Of a DNA stretch of 64,000 bases, positions 1-9,309 are shown piece by piece. The notes beneath the pieces are model-generated. The model made no database searches. It was not told the origin of the DNA and was given only the letters and a program-made list of their open reading frames with translations. The translations under genes and the position numbers were made by a program. This DNA comes from Pseudomonadota bacterium (GTDB taxonomy: Bacteria; Bdellovibrionota_C; UBA2361; OMII01): positions 74,131 through 138,130 of the forward strand of contig JAYPVM010000003.1 in NCBI GenBank assembly GCA_038134595.1, given 5' to 3'. Every line of letters starts with the position of its first letter. Position 1 is the stretch's first letter.

Positions 1-501
1 TGGATTTATTGTTAGTAATGTCGGTGGCTTTTTGTATAGTGGATATGAGTGTTTCTGGTTAGGAAAGCGACTACCCTGTAAGACTGGCTCGAAGTACCCG
101 GTTGCCAGGACTTCTCCCCACTTGTTTCCGCCATAGAATTCAAAAAACTTAAAATGAGAGTCGATGTATCTGTCGATCTCTTCTGAGGATTTTGATGTTA
201 GAATAGTTTCTCGGAGGCGGCGGAGTGCCATCACGTACTCTCCGTATGGTACTGAAGCAGGGCCGAAGTGCATTAGCTTGTTTTCAGGCAAGGACCGTAA
301 TGCCGCAATATTCCGAGCAAGGGCCAACTCTAGATCTGCATAGTTCCGATCGTCTTTTATTGCCGGCGCATCCACCTCGCGAAAGGAATCCTGAGGACTC
401 ATCGGATGTGGGCGTGTGCAAGCAATTTGCGTTGCGATTGCAATGAGAAAAAAAAGAAACCGGAAAAATGTACGCAAAAAAGGGGCAAATAGGAGCGACA
501 T
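1..501 (-). CDS. mltA: Membrane-bound lytic murein transglycosylase A, lipoprotein (5' part; runs off the window edge)
   Basis: Not in the ORF track. Hand translation from ATG at 501 is open to base 1: MSLLFAPFLRTFFRFLFFLIAIATQIAC (lipobox) ... GEVLATGYFEPVLQGSRFPNQKHSYPLYKKPP, matching the MltA TGY(Y/F)EP..GS and YPLY..P motifs. Alternative TTG start at 477. Confidence 0.85.
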   Translation of the reverse strand, partial: MSLLFAPFLRTFFRFLFFLIAIATQIACTRPHPMSPQDSFREVDAPAIKDDRNYADLELALARNIAALRSLPENKLMHFGPASVPYGEYVMALRRLRETILTSKSSEEIDRYIDSHFKFFEFYGGNKWGEVLATGYFEPVLQGSRFPNQKHSYPLYKKPPTLLTINP

Positions 502-990
502 TTCAAGAGTATACAAGAGCTTGGTGCTATTGAGAAGAGTATATCAAAGAGACAGGTTTGCCCCAAGCTCTCCTGTTTATCAACAGCTACCAACCCCTAG
601 TGTGGTAAATACCGATAAGGCGAGCTGTAATTGCGCCCCCCCGTTTGTGAGGCTTGAGGGGGTTCGGATGACAGGTATGAGTAGAAGTATATTCGTCACC
701 TGTTTGGGTGTTTTAACGACAGAGTCGCTTGCTGTGATTGAAAAATAGCGTGCGCCGGCACCACTGTGGGAATTGTTCTTAGGGTGCTTGTCATGAACTC
801 CATTATATCAAAATTCTTCAGTGCTTCGTAACAGAAGGGTTCTGGTTTATTGCAATTGGAGAATCCTACGGGCACTCATACCCCAAAGAAAAAATGCAAC
901 CTAATGATAGTAGCGGCATCGTAAGAGAGAGCGCATTGCAGTTCTATAGGCGCTCGAACTCCGTTTTGTTCTGGTTTTTTGCGAGGTTGT

Positions 991-2604
991 ATGAAGTGGC
1001 ATGTGCTGATGTATCACTCCTTTCTTCTCGGCATGACAATGTGCCTCATTTCTGCTAGCGATTGTTATGCGGCAGGCAAGAGCTCTCCATACCGAACACA
1101 ACTATCAGTAAAGTACATAGACTCACTGTTACAGGATAAGGATTTAAGTGCCTCAAAGAACAGTAAGCGAGGTGTCGAGGTCTCGGGCCGCATCTACGGA
1201 CTTGGGTACATTGATGCGCGTTTTACTCGTCGTCGATTGAAGCGGTGGCGTTCTTTTATGCGTAAGCAGGGGATAGACACAGCGGACCAAATTGAGCCGA
1301 TTCTTTTACAAGGTTCAGTTTCAGTTGGTGGTGGTTGGCGAAAGAAGGGTAAGCGGGTATATCCTACGTCGGCTTCGATCATCGGAAATGAGTTGAAAAT
1401 GACGTTTCCTGGCAGAATTAGGGGAAAAGCCAAGCGTCGACAAAGAGTGTATACGATTCGGATAAAAATGGACGGTTCAATCTCGGTTCGCGCTCGAGTA
1501 AGAAGTATTCCGCGGGCGATTGGTCGGATGGGTGCCTGTGGGTCAGCTGGGGAAAGTCTCGTACACTCTGCCGCTGCTGAAGCTGCACAGGTATTAGATG
1601 ACGAAGCCGTCATATTGCCGATTGAAGACGGTGCTGATACTGAGCTATTCAAAGTGGTGACAATAAGCACAGATGCAGATCCTGCATGGTATCGACTGTA
1701 TGGAGACAAGAGCAATGCAGTAATAGCCAGCATTATAAACGACGCAGAAGCGATTTATAGTCGGCAATTAGGGATACGCTTTAGAATCGTCAAGCAACAC
1801 GTATATACGGACGGGTCGCCTTACGGAACCGACGATGCTGGAGCGATGTTATCTCGATTTACTAGAAACCGCGAAAATAAGGATAATTTAGGGGAAAACC
1901 CAGCTACATTCGACCGGGATGTTGATATCAAGCATCTCTTCACGGGGCGAGATTTTAATGGAGGTGTTATTGGAATTGCATATATCGGAGTGGTATGTTC
2001 CGTACCTACCTTATCGTATGGAGTAACGCAGCATTATATGGATATAGCTGATGCTGGAATTTTTGCACATGAATTGGGTCATAATTTTGGTGCTCAACAC
2101 GACTCGAGCCGTCGAGATGCTATCATGTATCCGAGTATCTCAGTGCCGCCCGCAATGGATTTTTCAACTGTTTCTGTTGGAGAGATTCAGACTCATTTAA
2201 ATAAATATAACACATGCATTTCACTAGAAGAGATGGAGTCGTTACCAGGCGACCCAGAGGAGAGGCCTTCTCCAGAGGATCCTCAAGAGCCGAGTTTAGT
2301 GGGAGCTTCCCTCAAGGTGCGACGTAACCGAGTACGCGCTTCGCAACGCCCGATGCTTCGTCTGCGAGGACAACTCACGAGCGCAGATGGTAAGGGATTA
2401 GGAGCAGTACCGATCAGTCTTTTTGTTGCTGGGGAAGAGGTCGCCCAGGGGATTACGGATCCTGATGGCAGCGTTAAGTTTTTCGTCCGTTTGCTTGTTC
2501 CTCGGCATGAAAAAGTGTACGTATATCTCGAAACAATGAATGGAGATGTTTTTTCTAATTTCCTATGGATGGGACACACTGCCGATAGTAGACGGCGTTC
2601 CTGA
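991..2604 (+). CDS. Secreted zinc metalloprotease, M12/reprolysin-like (metzincin)
   Basis: HELGHNFGAQHD zinc motif, Met-turn IMYP, G.IGIAYIG.VC motif and an N-terminal signal-like hydrophobic stretch. ATG 991 follows GAGG; the ORF opens at 979. Confidence 0.85.
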   Translation: MKWHVLMYHSFLLGMTMCLISASDCYAAGKSSPYRTQLSVKYIDSLLQDKDLSASKNSKRGVEVSGRIYGLGYIDARFTRRRLKRWRSFMRKQGIDTADQIEPILLQGSVSVGGGWRKKGKRVYPTSASIIGNELKMTFPGRIRGKAKRRQRVYTIRIKMDGSISVRARVRSIPRAIGRMGACGSAGESLVHSAAAEAAQVLDDEAVILPIEDGADTELFKVVTISTDADPAWYRLYGDKSNAVIASIINDAEAIYSRQLGIRFRIVKQHVYTDGSPYGTDDAGAMLSRFTRNRENKDNLGENPATFDRDVDIKHLFTGRDFNGGVIGIAYIGVVCSVPTLSYGVTQHYMDIADAGIFAHELGHNFGAQHDSSRRDAIMYPSISVPPAMDFSTVSVGEIQTHLNKYNTCISLEEMESLPGDPEERPSPEDPQEPSLVGASLKVRRNRVRASQRPMLRLRGQLTSADGKGLGAVPISLFVAGEEVAQGITDPDGSVKFFVRLLVPRHEKVYVYLETMNGDVFSNFLWMGHTADSRRRS

Positions 2605-2637
2605 GATAGACGGTGAGCAAAATACAGGGAGTACTGT

Positions 2638-3015
2638 ATGTCGGATGATTATGGAAAACTTGAGGAGGGGCTACTTCAGGCAATGCAGGCACTCGATAAT
2701 CAAATAGCTCGAGCGATGCAACGAAGCCCCGCAGAGCAAGAGACAGAGGGGGTCCAAAAATGGAAGCCCTACAATGTGCGAATAGAGCGGATAACAACGA
2801 CAATTCTACAAGAGCTTGCCGAGAACACCATCTCTTTGGATTCTCTTTTGGTGTGTGCACAATCATTTTCCAAGGCGCTTTATCTGCTTGTGAGTGAGCT
2901 TGAGGCAGAGGGCTTGGGGAAAGTTCGTTCAGAGTACTGTCGAGATGCCATGCAAAAAATTAGAAATGATGCAGATCGAGCTTTAAGAGAGCTTGATACT
3001 CCCGAGCTTGTGTGA
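2638..3015 (+). CDS. Hypothetical helical protein
   Basis: 125 aa ORF with GGGAG ribosome-binding site, fits between neighbours; no motif recognised. Confidence 0.7.
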   Translation: MSDDYGKLEEGLLQAMQALDNQIARAMQRSPAEQETEGVQKWKPYNVRIERITTTILQELAENTISLDSLLVCAQSFSKALYLLVSELEAEGLGKVRSEYCRDAMQKIRNDADRALRELDTPELV

Positions 3016-3105
3016 CAGCGAATTGAGTTGTCTTAAGCGGTCTGGTCTCCAACCTAACGAAACTCATGTGGTAGCATTATTATCCATGCTACCGTTTGCT
3101 CTATT

Positions 3106-4233
3106 GTGAGAATTCTTCATTGTATAACAGGCTTAACTGGTGATGGCGCACAACGGATGTTGTTGCGCCTATCAAGTGTGATGCACGCTAACGGCACTGA
3201 GTCAATTATAGTAAACCTGGGCCCAGTTACTCCACTAGTAGAGCAATTTCGTGCGAGCGGGGTACCTGTGATGTCTCTAGGAATGGTTCCATCGTGGCGA
3301 GAATTATCGCGGGGGCTTTCCTTGCTTCGTGCCGAAATACGGAAGTATAAACCAACGATCATTCAGGGATGGATGTATCACGGTAATCTCATGGTAACGT
3401 TGGCGAGCTTGTTCAGCAATTCACACTCAAGAGTTTTTTGGAATATCAGACGGAGTCTCGATGATGTTTCTAAGCTTAGCAAGCGGACCCAGAGTGTAAT
3501 TGGGGCGAATCGATGGTTGTCATGGCATCCTGAAGGAGTCATATACTGCTCGCACGAGAGTGGTGAACAGCATAAACATTACGGGTTTTCGGCGAAGCAT
3601 GCACATGTGATTGAAAATGGCTTCGATACGAAGCGATTTTCGCTCTCTTCGGATGTTAGAAGTATGACTCGAAATCGCCTCGGTATTGACGATAATCAGG
3701 TCGTCATCGGTTGTGTGGCTCGGTATGACCCAGCAAAAGGACACATATATCTTTTACGTGCCTTATCGATTGTTTGTGCAGACCGCCCCAATGTTCGAGT
3801 TGTTTTGGTTGGGCGAAATGTTGATGAACAAAACCGAGAGTTGATGGAGAGCATTCATGAGCATGGTCTTGGTACATTCGTGAAGCTTTTAGGGGAGCAG
3901 GATGCGATTGAATCGATCTATTCAGCACTTGATGTTTACTGCTCGCCCTCGATTAATGAGGGGTTTCCTAATGTGATTTCCGAAGCGATGTTGATGGGGT
4001 TACTCTGCGTGGTAACTGATACAGGAGCTTCGATGAGGCTTGTCGGTGATTCCGGATTTTCGGTTCCAACCGGTGATGTTGAAGCATTGGCGCATGCCTT
4101 ATTAAAAGCAGTTGATACGGAACCTGCCCAGCGTCATAGTATGGGTCGACGGGCGCGGAGTATTATAGTCGATAACTATGGAATGAATGGAACGGTTCAG
4201 CAGTATACCGCTCTGTATCAGTCTTTATTGTAG
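3106..4233 (+). CDS. Glycosyltransferase family 4 (GT-B)
   Basis: ILHCITGL..DGAQRML start, QGWMYHGN, IENGFD, and the EGFPNVISEAM (ExxxxxxxE) motif. Confidence 0.9.
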   Translation: MRILHCITGLTGDGAQRMLLRLSSVMHANGTESIIVNLGPVTPLVEQFRASGVPVMSLGMVPSWRELSRGLSLLRAEIRKYKPTIIQGWMYHGNLMVTLASLFSNSHSRVFWNIRRSLDDVSKLSKRTQSVIGANRWLSWHPEGVIYCSHESGEQHKHYGFSAKHAHVIENGFDTKRFSLSSDVRSMTRNRLGIDDNQVVIGCVARYDPAKGHIYLLRALSIVCADRPNVRVVLVGRNVDEQNRELMESIHEHGLGTFVKLLGEQDAIESIYSALDVYCSPSINEGFPNVISEAMLMGLLCVVTDTGASMRLVGDSGFSVPTGDVEALAHALLKAVDTEPAQRHSMGRRARSIIVDNYGMNGTVQQYTALYQSLL

Positions 4234-4300
4234 TCGATAATGAGCACTCTGTGACATCGACGGGACTGGAACGTTGTATCTTTATTTCATTGCTGAGTGG

Positions 4301-5770
4301 CTAATCGAGATAGAGGGCGTCAGCGAGAGCTTGCCTCACCGCCTTAAAGGTAATTATATCTTGTTGTTCCTCGTCGAATTGTGCTTTTTCATTTGATTCT
4401 AGGTATAGCACGCCAACTTTTCTGTTCTCACCCAAAGAGCCGTACATGCCGGTAACACCAGAGTCTTCCTGCTCAGAGCCTCGCGCGATGACCGGCTGAG
4501 TGCAGGCTAGCGCAGTAGCGGCTAAGTCAGAGCTGTAGTGTTGGGAAATAATATTCTCTGTATAGAGTAAGTTTGTTTCTGCATCGGTGGCAGCAACATT
4601 AAGTGCTACCGGACGTATGTCGCGGAGTTTGACCGAGCCAAAAACGGTCCTGGGCGATAATGAAATAGAAGCGGGATCGATAACGAAAACACATCCGCCG
4701 GTAAATCCAGCGTCGGGAAACACCTCTCGAACGAGAGATTCTAGGACGTCGCGGGTGGTATCGACACTTCCCATGAGTGCGTAGAGGGATTTTAGCGCCG
4801 CCTGAACTTCTTTTGGACATTGTGGGAGATATTTGTTTCGTTTGGAGGCTCTCTTTTTTCTGTGGTCTTTAATTTGGAGCTCAGGGTTAAATTCCTGGAG
4901 TGATGTAAATAATGTCGAAAGGCTTGATTCATACTCCTGAGAGCGCTCCAGGGCTCTCTCTCGGATAAGATCTATTGCACCCTGCCCGATAGTTTCTTTT
5001 AAATAGGATTGAGCGTGTTCCCAGTCGTGTTCTGCTGATGGATATCGTTCAGGATGCTCTGCTCGGGCAAGAGCCGCCCCGATTTCGCAGAGTTGGTCGT
5101 ACGTTTTTGAGATAAGAGAGGTATTTTCGTCGACCTGTTGTGTATCAGAACTCTCGGAGGAGTGAAGTACTCGTATGGCCAAAAGAGCAGGTGAAAATCC
5201 CAATTCCTCAGTTAGTCTCTTCTCCAGTGAGACCCCTTCAGGCAGGGATTTTATAACGCGTCCGAACATGGTTGGGTAGTTCCATGCAATGAGGTTGAGC
5301 CCAATCTCACGGATTATGCCGGCGCAGAATCCTTCGGATGAGTCTAGGTTTTTCTTTTCTCCCAGGACTTCAGCTGTACTTGCGATGATAGTCGTCTCTC
5401 GAAGTCGGTCAGCTTGAAAGGATTCAAGCGATTCGAGTAGGTGATTGTTTGGTAGATCGGAATCGTTTTGAAAAATAGAGCAGATGCGATCACTACCTGC
5501 CCACGATAACAAGGTGATCGGATTCTGTATTGACTCGTCCGAGAGCCCAACTTCTTTAGCGGTAGGTATAAGATGCTTAACAACAAAGCTAAAAAGTGCA
5601 AAGTCTTTCCGTAAATCTTCAATCAGTGTTCTTACGTCATTATCGTACGCTCCCTCTTCATGCTTTGCCCGAATGGAATGCACGATTTCCATGTTGAAAG
5701 GAAACCACAACGATGAGACGTGTTCCGTCGCTTTTTCAAGTCGACGGTTAATCGTTTTCTTTTTGTCCAT
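4301..5770 (-). CDS. HDOD-like signal transduction protein with possible C-terminal GAF-like region
   Basis: LIEDLRKDFAL and GFCAGIIREIG resemble HDOD (AGLLHDIG). The C-terminal GGCVFVID...VGVLYLE is GAF-like. ATG 5770 has a GAGG RBS; the ORF opens at 5857. Confidence 0.6.
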   Translation of the reverse strand: MDKKKTINRRLEKATEHVSSLWFPFNMEIVHSIRAKHEEGAYDNDVRTLIEDLRKDFALFSFVVKHLIPTAKEVGLSDESIQNPITLLSWAGSDRICSIFQNDSDLPNNHLLESLESFQADRLRETTIIASTAEVLGEKKNLDSSEGFCAGIIREIGLNLIAWNYPTMFGRVIKSLPEGVSLEKRLTEELGFSPALLAIRVLHSSESSDTQQVDENTSLISKTYDQLCEIGAALARAEHPERYPSAEHDWEHAQSYLKETIGQGAIDLIRERALERSQEYESSLSTLFTSLQEFNPELQIKDHRKKRASKRNKYLPQCPKEVQAALKSLYALMGSVDTTRDVLESLVREVFPDAGFTGGCVFVIDPASISLSPRTVFGSVKLRDIRPVALNVAATDAETNLLYTENIISQHYSSDLAATALACTQPVIARGSEQEDSGVTGMYGSLGENRKVGVLYLESNEKAQFDEEQQDIITFKAVRQALADALYLD

Positions 5771-6217
5771 GCACGCCTCTTGTTTGCTGGTATTTTGCTT
5801 ACCACAGAGAATGACGGCAATTAGGGAGGAAAACTTGAGGGTTTGTCTTCCAGCCATTCTGGATTGTTTTAGGGGGGTTATGTTCTGTTATACGTGTTTT
5901 ATTTTTTCTAACGTGCTCCGGAGACTGATGTTGTGCCGTTAAAGCTACATTGGCTGGTGTATTGCGGGCACTCGCTGAGTGACGTGACCGGGCTCTTTGG
6001 TGTTGTACTACAATGGAGCTCTGCTGTATTCTGGCTTCAAATGCTCCTCTTGTATATGTCTTGTTGTAAGATCCCGTTAGAGTGGGGGAGATATTCTTTT
6101 TCTGAGCCACATTCACTTTCAAGTAACATCGCCCAGATGTGGTAATTTAAAATATCTGCGCTAATGGATTGCCTGTTATGGTAATCCGCTTGCGATACGG
6201 TGCCTTGACCTGTTCGT

Positions 6218-6904
6218 TTAGCGGAGAGCTTGCATGATTGAATCGAGTTTATCGATCGTAATCTGCCCAGCGGCTGATTGATTTGATTGTTCTGGAGGTG
6301 TCAATATCATTTCATTACCCCATTGCGCACCAAAAACACGGGTTATCATGCCGTGTTTACCTAGACCTAAGACTACGCATCTTTTACCGGCCTCTCGCAG
6401 CTCAATTAAAAGCGAAAGTAGACGTAGAGCGTCTCGCTGAATAGCGCAAAAGGTGGCAATTTTGGTAATATGAGCGCCCCAAATGCTCATGCGCTCAATA
6501 ATTGAGCGCAACTCCGTGTCTGACGGTGTCTGACGATAGTTGTGATATGATAGGATTGTTTTGAGCGAAAATTTTGAGAGATTTGTTATATCGTCCGCTT
6601 GTGAGGTGATATCGAAGTCAACAAGGGTGGGTTTCCTAGATAGCGTCTTGAGGATTTCAAAGCGCTTGGATTCTGAGAGCTCGATGGTAGCAAGATTCTT
6701 TCGGCGAAAGATAAAAATTAATCGATGTGGATATTGTCCGACCAGAGAGGACGCAAAGCCGCGGTCCAGGTCTTCGATATAGTCAAGCCATATTTCGGCA
6801 TATCGATAAGATGAAAGGCTTTCCTGAACAGCAGTCGTAACCAAACTCCGCGAACTTTCTATGATTGGCAGACAATATCTGTTAGGGCTCTGATGAGGTT
6901 TCAT
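6218..6904 (-). CDS. aroD: 3-dehydroquinate dehydratase, type I
   Basis: EIWLDY, ILSYHNYRQTP (catalytic His), ITKIAT (Schiff-base Lys), GLGKHGMITR and AAGQI motifs. Confidence 0.88.
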   Translation of the reverse strand: MKPHQSPNRYCLPIIESSRSLVTTAVQESLSSYRYAEIWLDYIEDLDRGFASSLVGQYPHRLIFIFRRKNLATIELSESKRFEILKTLSRKPTLVDFDITSQADDITNLSKFSLKTILSYHNYRQTPSDTELRSIIERMSIWGAHITKIATFCAIQRDALRLLSLLIELREAGKRCVVLGLGKHGMITRVFGAQWGNEMILTPPEQSNQSAAGQITIDKLDSIMQALR

Positions 6905-7303
6905 GCGTCGTGTCTGTAAGTATGAAGTTTTTTTGTACTGGAATTTGACAAAATTCGTTAGTTACCCCGTATTTGACCGATTGCAATCTGTTGGAGAGTA
7001 AGGGAGAGAGTTTCCCTTTAACACCCTATGATAAACAGATGATTCAGTCATACTTCGGGATCACTATATAACTAACCTGGGGGTGAGTATAACGTAACGT
7101 GGCTGATTGGTCACGCGGCACAGAGGGTTTTTCTTAATTGTTTTTAAAAGATTTGGGATGACATTTATTGCGCAGGTGTTTTTTAGGCTTGACATGAGTC
7201 GGACTATTGGCGGCCCGATGTCGTGAGGTAGCACCTCAGACTTGGAGGCGCCTCTCAAGCTTAAGGGGCATGGGCGAGCCGGGGCGCACATCTCGAATAG
7301 ACA

Positions 7304-7732
7304 TTATCTTTTCAAAGAGGCGCGAAACGCCTTTGTAAATGACACAGTAAGAATGAGGCTTATGATGAGAGCGATAATTGAGCCTCCCGCTTGCAAAGGT
7401 AGCGCGTATTGGTTGCAGACAGTGGCGAGTGGGTCAAGCCACGTAAATGATGCAGTTTTAGATGTGTGACAGTATGTACAGAAATCAAAGATGCCGGGAA
7501 CTCGTGTTACGATCGGCGAGCTTTTGTCGCAGGCCACAGGAGAGGTCATCGAGCACGTTGCAGTTAGTCGGCGGAGAAGAAGCCCGACTTGCAGAAGAGA
7601 AAAGAAGGTAGAGCCCACAAGTTTTATCATCCAACCCGTTTGTGAAAAGCTCTTATATCTCCATACCGCGATGACGAAGCAGACCGGAAGTATTGCTAGG
7701 AGCGCTTCTGATATTTCAATTAGCCAGACCAT
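7304..7732 (-). CDS. Hypothetical three-TM membrane protein with one CxxCH motif
   Basis: Three hydrophobic segments, CTYCH in the loop and a basic C-terminal tail. ATG 7732 follows GGAGAGAG; the ORF opens at 7813. Confidence 0.6.
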   Translation of the reverse strand: MVWLIEISEALLAILPVCFVIAVWRYKSFSQTGWMIKLVGSTFFSLLQVGLLLRRLTATCSMTSPVACDKSSPIVTRVPGIFDFCTYCHTSKTASFTWLDPLATVCNQYALPLQAGGSIIALIISLILTVSFTKAFRASLKR

Positions 7733-7836
7733 AAATTCTCTCTCTCCAGAAGCGGGGGGATGGTCGTTGCGGAGTAACGAAGTCCATCCCAGCTTGTGTC
7801 TTGTATGATACAAGATGTGGTATAACTCTTTTTAGG

Positions 7837-7864
7837 AGAGTCGGAAAAGCCTCTTATGTCAAAT
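7837..7864 (+). other. dif-like site (clear XerD-type arm, degenerate XerC arm)
   Basis: AGAGTCGGAAA-AGCCTC-TTATGTCAAAT. The right arm is 10/11 to the E. coli dif XerD arm TTATGTTAAAT. Confidence 0.35.
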
Positions 7865-8211
7865 AATCTTAGCGTTGGGCGGGGCTCCGACAGGAAGCTG
7901 TGAACGCAATTCGAAAGACTTGTAATTTTAGGTGGTTCCAACGAATATGTGAAGATTAGGCAGTAAATTTAGAAGTCTCGACTGCCGAAGCTAGCGTGCC
8001 TTCGGCGAGGGAGATACGTAAGCACCCGACCATGACAGGGTAACTAGGTGATTATTGCTAATAGATTGGTGAGGTGTTTTCTACTAGCAATGTAATGCGC
8101 CGATTTCGTGTGGCAAGCCTCCATTTCTCAAATTTTTCTGACCAGGAAGCAAGATGGTGTCGTCAATTGGTGTCCGGTGCGAGTAGAAGTAATCTCCTAT
8201 ACACACAAAGT

Positions 8212-9309
8212 CTACGGCTGAAGCTTTGCGATTGTTTCAAGTACGATGTCGTCAGCTACTGTGCAATTAACCGCAACAGTGCCGATGGCATTGAGCAATG
8301 TCCATTGTATTTGACCCCCAATATTTTTTTTGTCGGCACGGGCTTTTTTCAGCAGTTGTTCAGGATCACAGGTTTCTGGTAGGGACAGAGGTAGTCCAGC
8401 TGCTTTGATTCCCCGTTCGATCGTGTGATGCACCTCTTCTGAGATGCGACCAAGGCGAAATGAAATCCAGCTTGCAGCAATCATACCTATCGAGACGGCC
8501 TCTCCGTGCGTGAGGATCGTCGGCTTATTGAGAAAGAGTGACTCGATGGCATGCCCAAGAGTGTGCCCAAAATTAAGTGCTTTTCGTTGATAACTTTCAG
8601 TGCCATCAGATGAAACGATATCTGCCTTGATAACACAAGATTCGCGGATAATTTCCATAAGCTCTCTTTTGTTCCATTCTGAGTATGGTTTTGAGGTGAC
8701 ATGTTCGAAGTAATTCGCATTAGCGATTAGCCCGTGTTTGACCACTTCGGCAAAGCCTGAAAGTAGCTCTCGTTGGGGCAAATGCTCTAAATGTTTGATG
8801 TCGGAAATAATGGCCACCGGGTGCTGGGTGGAGCCAATTAGATTTTTGACGTTTCGATAATTGATTCCATTTTTACCACCAATTCCGGCATCGACCTGTG
8901 CCAGTAAAGTGGTTGGCACAAAAGCTTGTGCCACGCCTCGCATGAATGTAGATGCCGCAAATCCAACGGTATCAGTAATACTTCCACCGCCGATTCCGAT
9001 AACTAAGCTTTTTTTATCCACGTGTTGATCTGCGAAGAAGTTCCACAGTTTTTCGGTACACGAGAGTTCTTTGATACGTTCGCCGCCATCGAGATAGAAA
9101 AGTGCTGATGGAGAGAGGAAACCACTCTCAATAATAGAGTGCATGTATGTCTCCACAATCCGATCCGCTACTACAACTACTTTCGAAAACTGTTTTGACA
9201 AGAGTGCCTCTAACTCAGGTCTAAGTATGTTGTTTCCGATGACGATCCGTGTCGTGTGCGCAGTTTTAGACACATCAAGTGAGATGGTGTGAGGTTTGCT
9301 TGATTCCAT
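8212..9309 (-). CDS. aroB: 3-dehydroquinate synthase
   Basis: GGGSITDTVGF, VPTTLLAQVDAGIGGKNGIN, KNLIG, LNFGHTLGHAIE and HGEAVSIG. Start is ATG 9309 or TTG 9348. Confidence 0.95.
   Translation of the reverse strand: MESSKPHTISLDVSKTAHTTRIVIGNNILRPELEALLSKQFSKVVVVADRIVETYMHSIIESGFLSPSALFYLDGGERIKELSCTEKLWNFFADQHVDKKSLVIGIGGGSITDTVGFAASTFMRGVAQAFVPTTLLAQVDAGIGGKNGINYRNVKNLIGSTQHPVAIISDIKHLEHLPQRELLSGFAEVVKHGLIANANYFEHVTSKPYSEWNKRELMEIIRESCVIKADIVSSDGTESYQRKALNFGHTLGHAIESLFLNKPTILTHGEAVSIGMIAASWISFRLGRISEEVHHTIERGIKAAGLPLSLPETCDPEQLLKKARADKKNIGGQIQWTLLNAIGTVAVNCTVADDIVLETIAKLQP

Noticed and set aside
225..748. ORF-track entries 225..446, 399..593 and 416..748
   Set aside because: They overlap the mltA frame (1..501, minus), which has clear family motifs; they have none.
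7813..7880. Integron attC-like core (GTTGGGC/GCCCAAC at 7874-7880)
   Set aside because: No complementary partner box or attC-style hairpin, no attC after the orphan gene's stop, and no integron integrase in the window.
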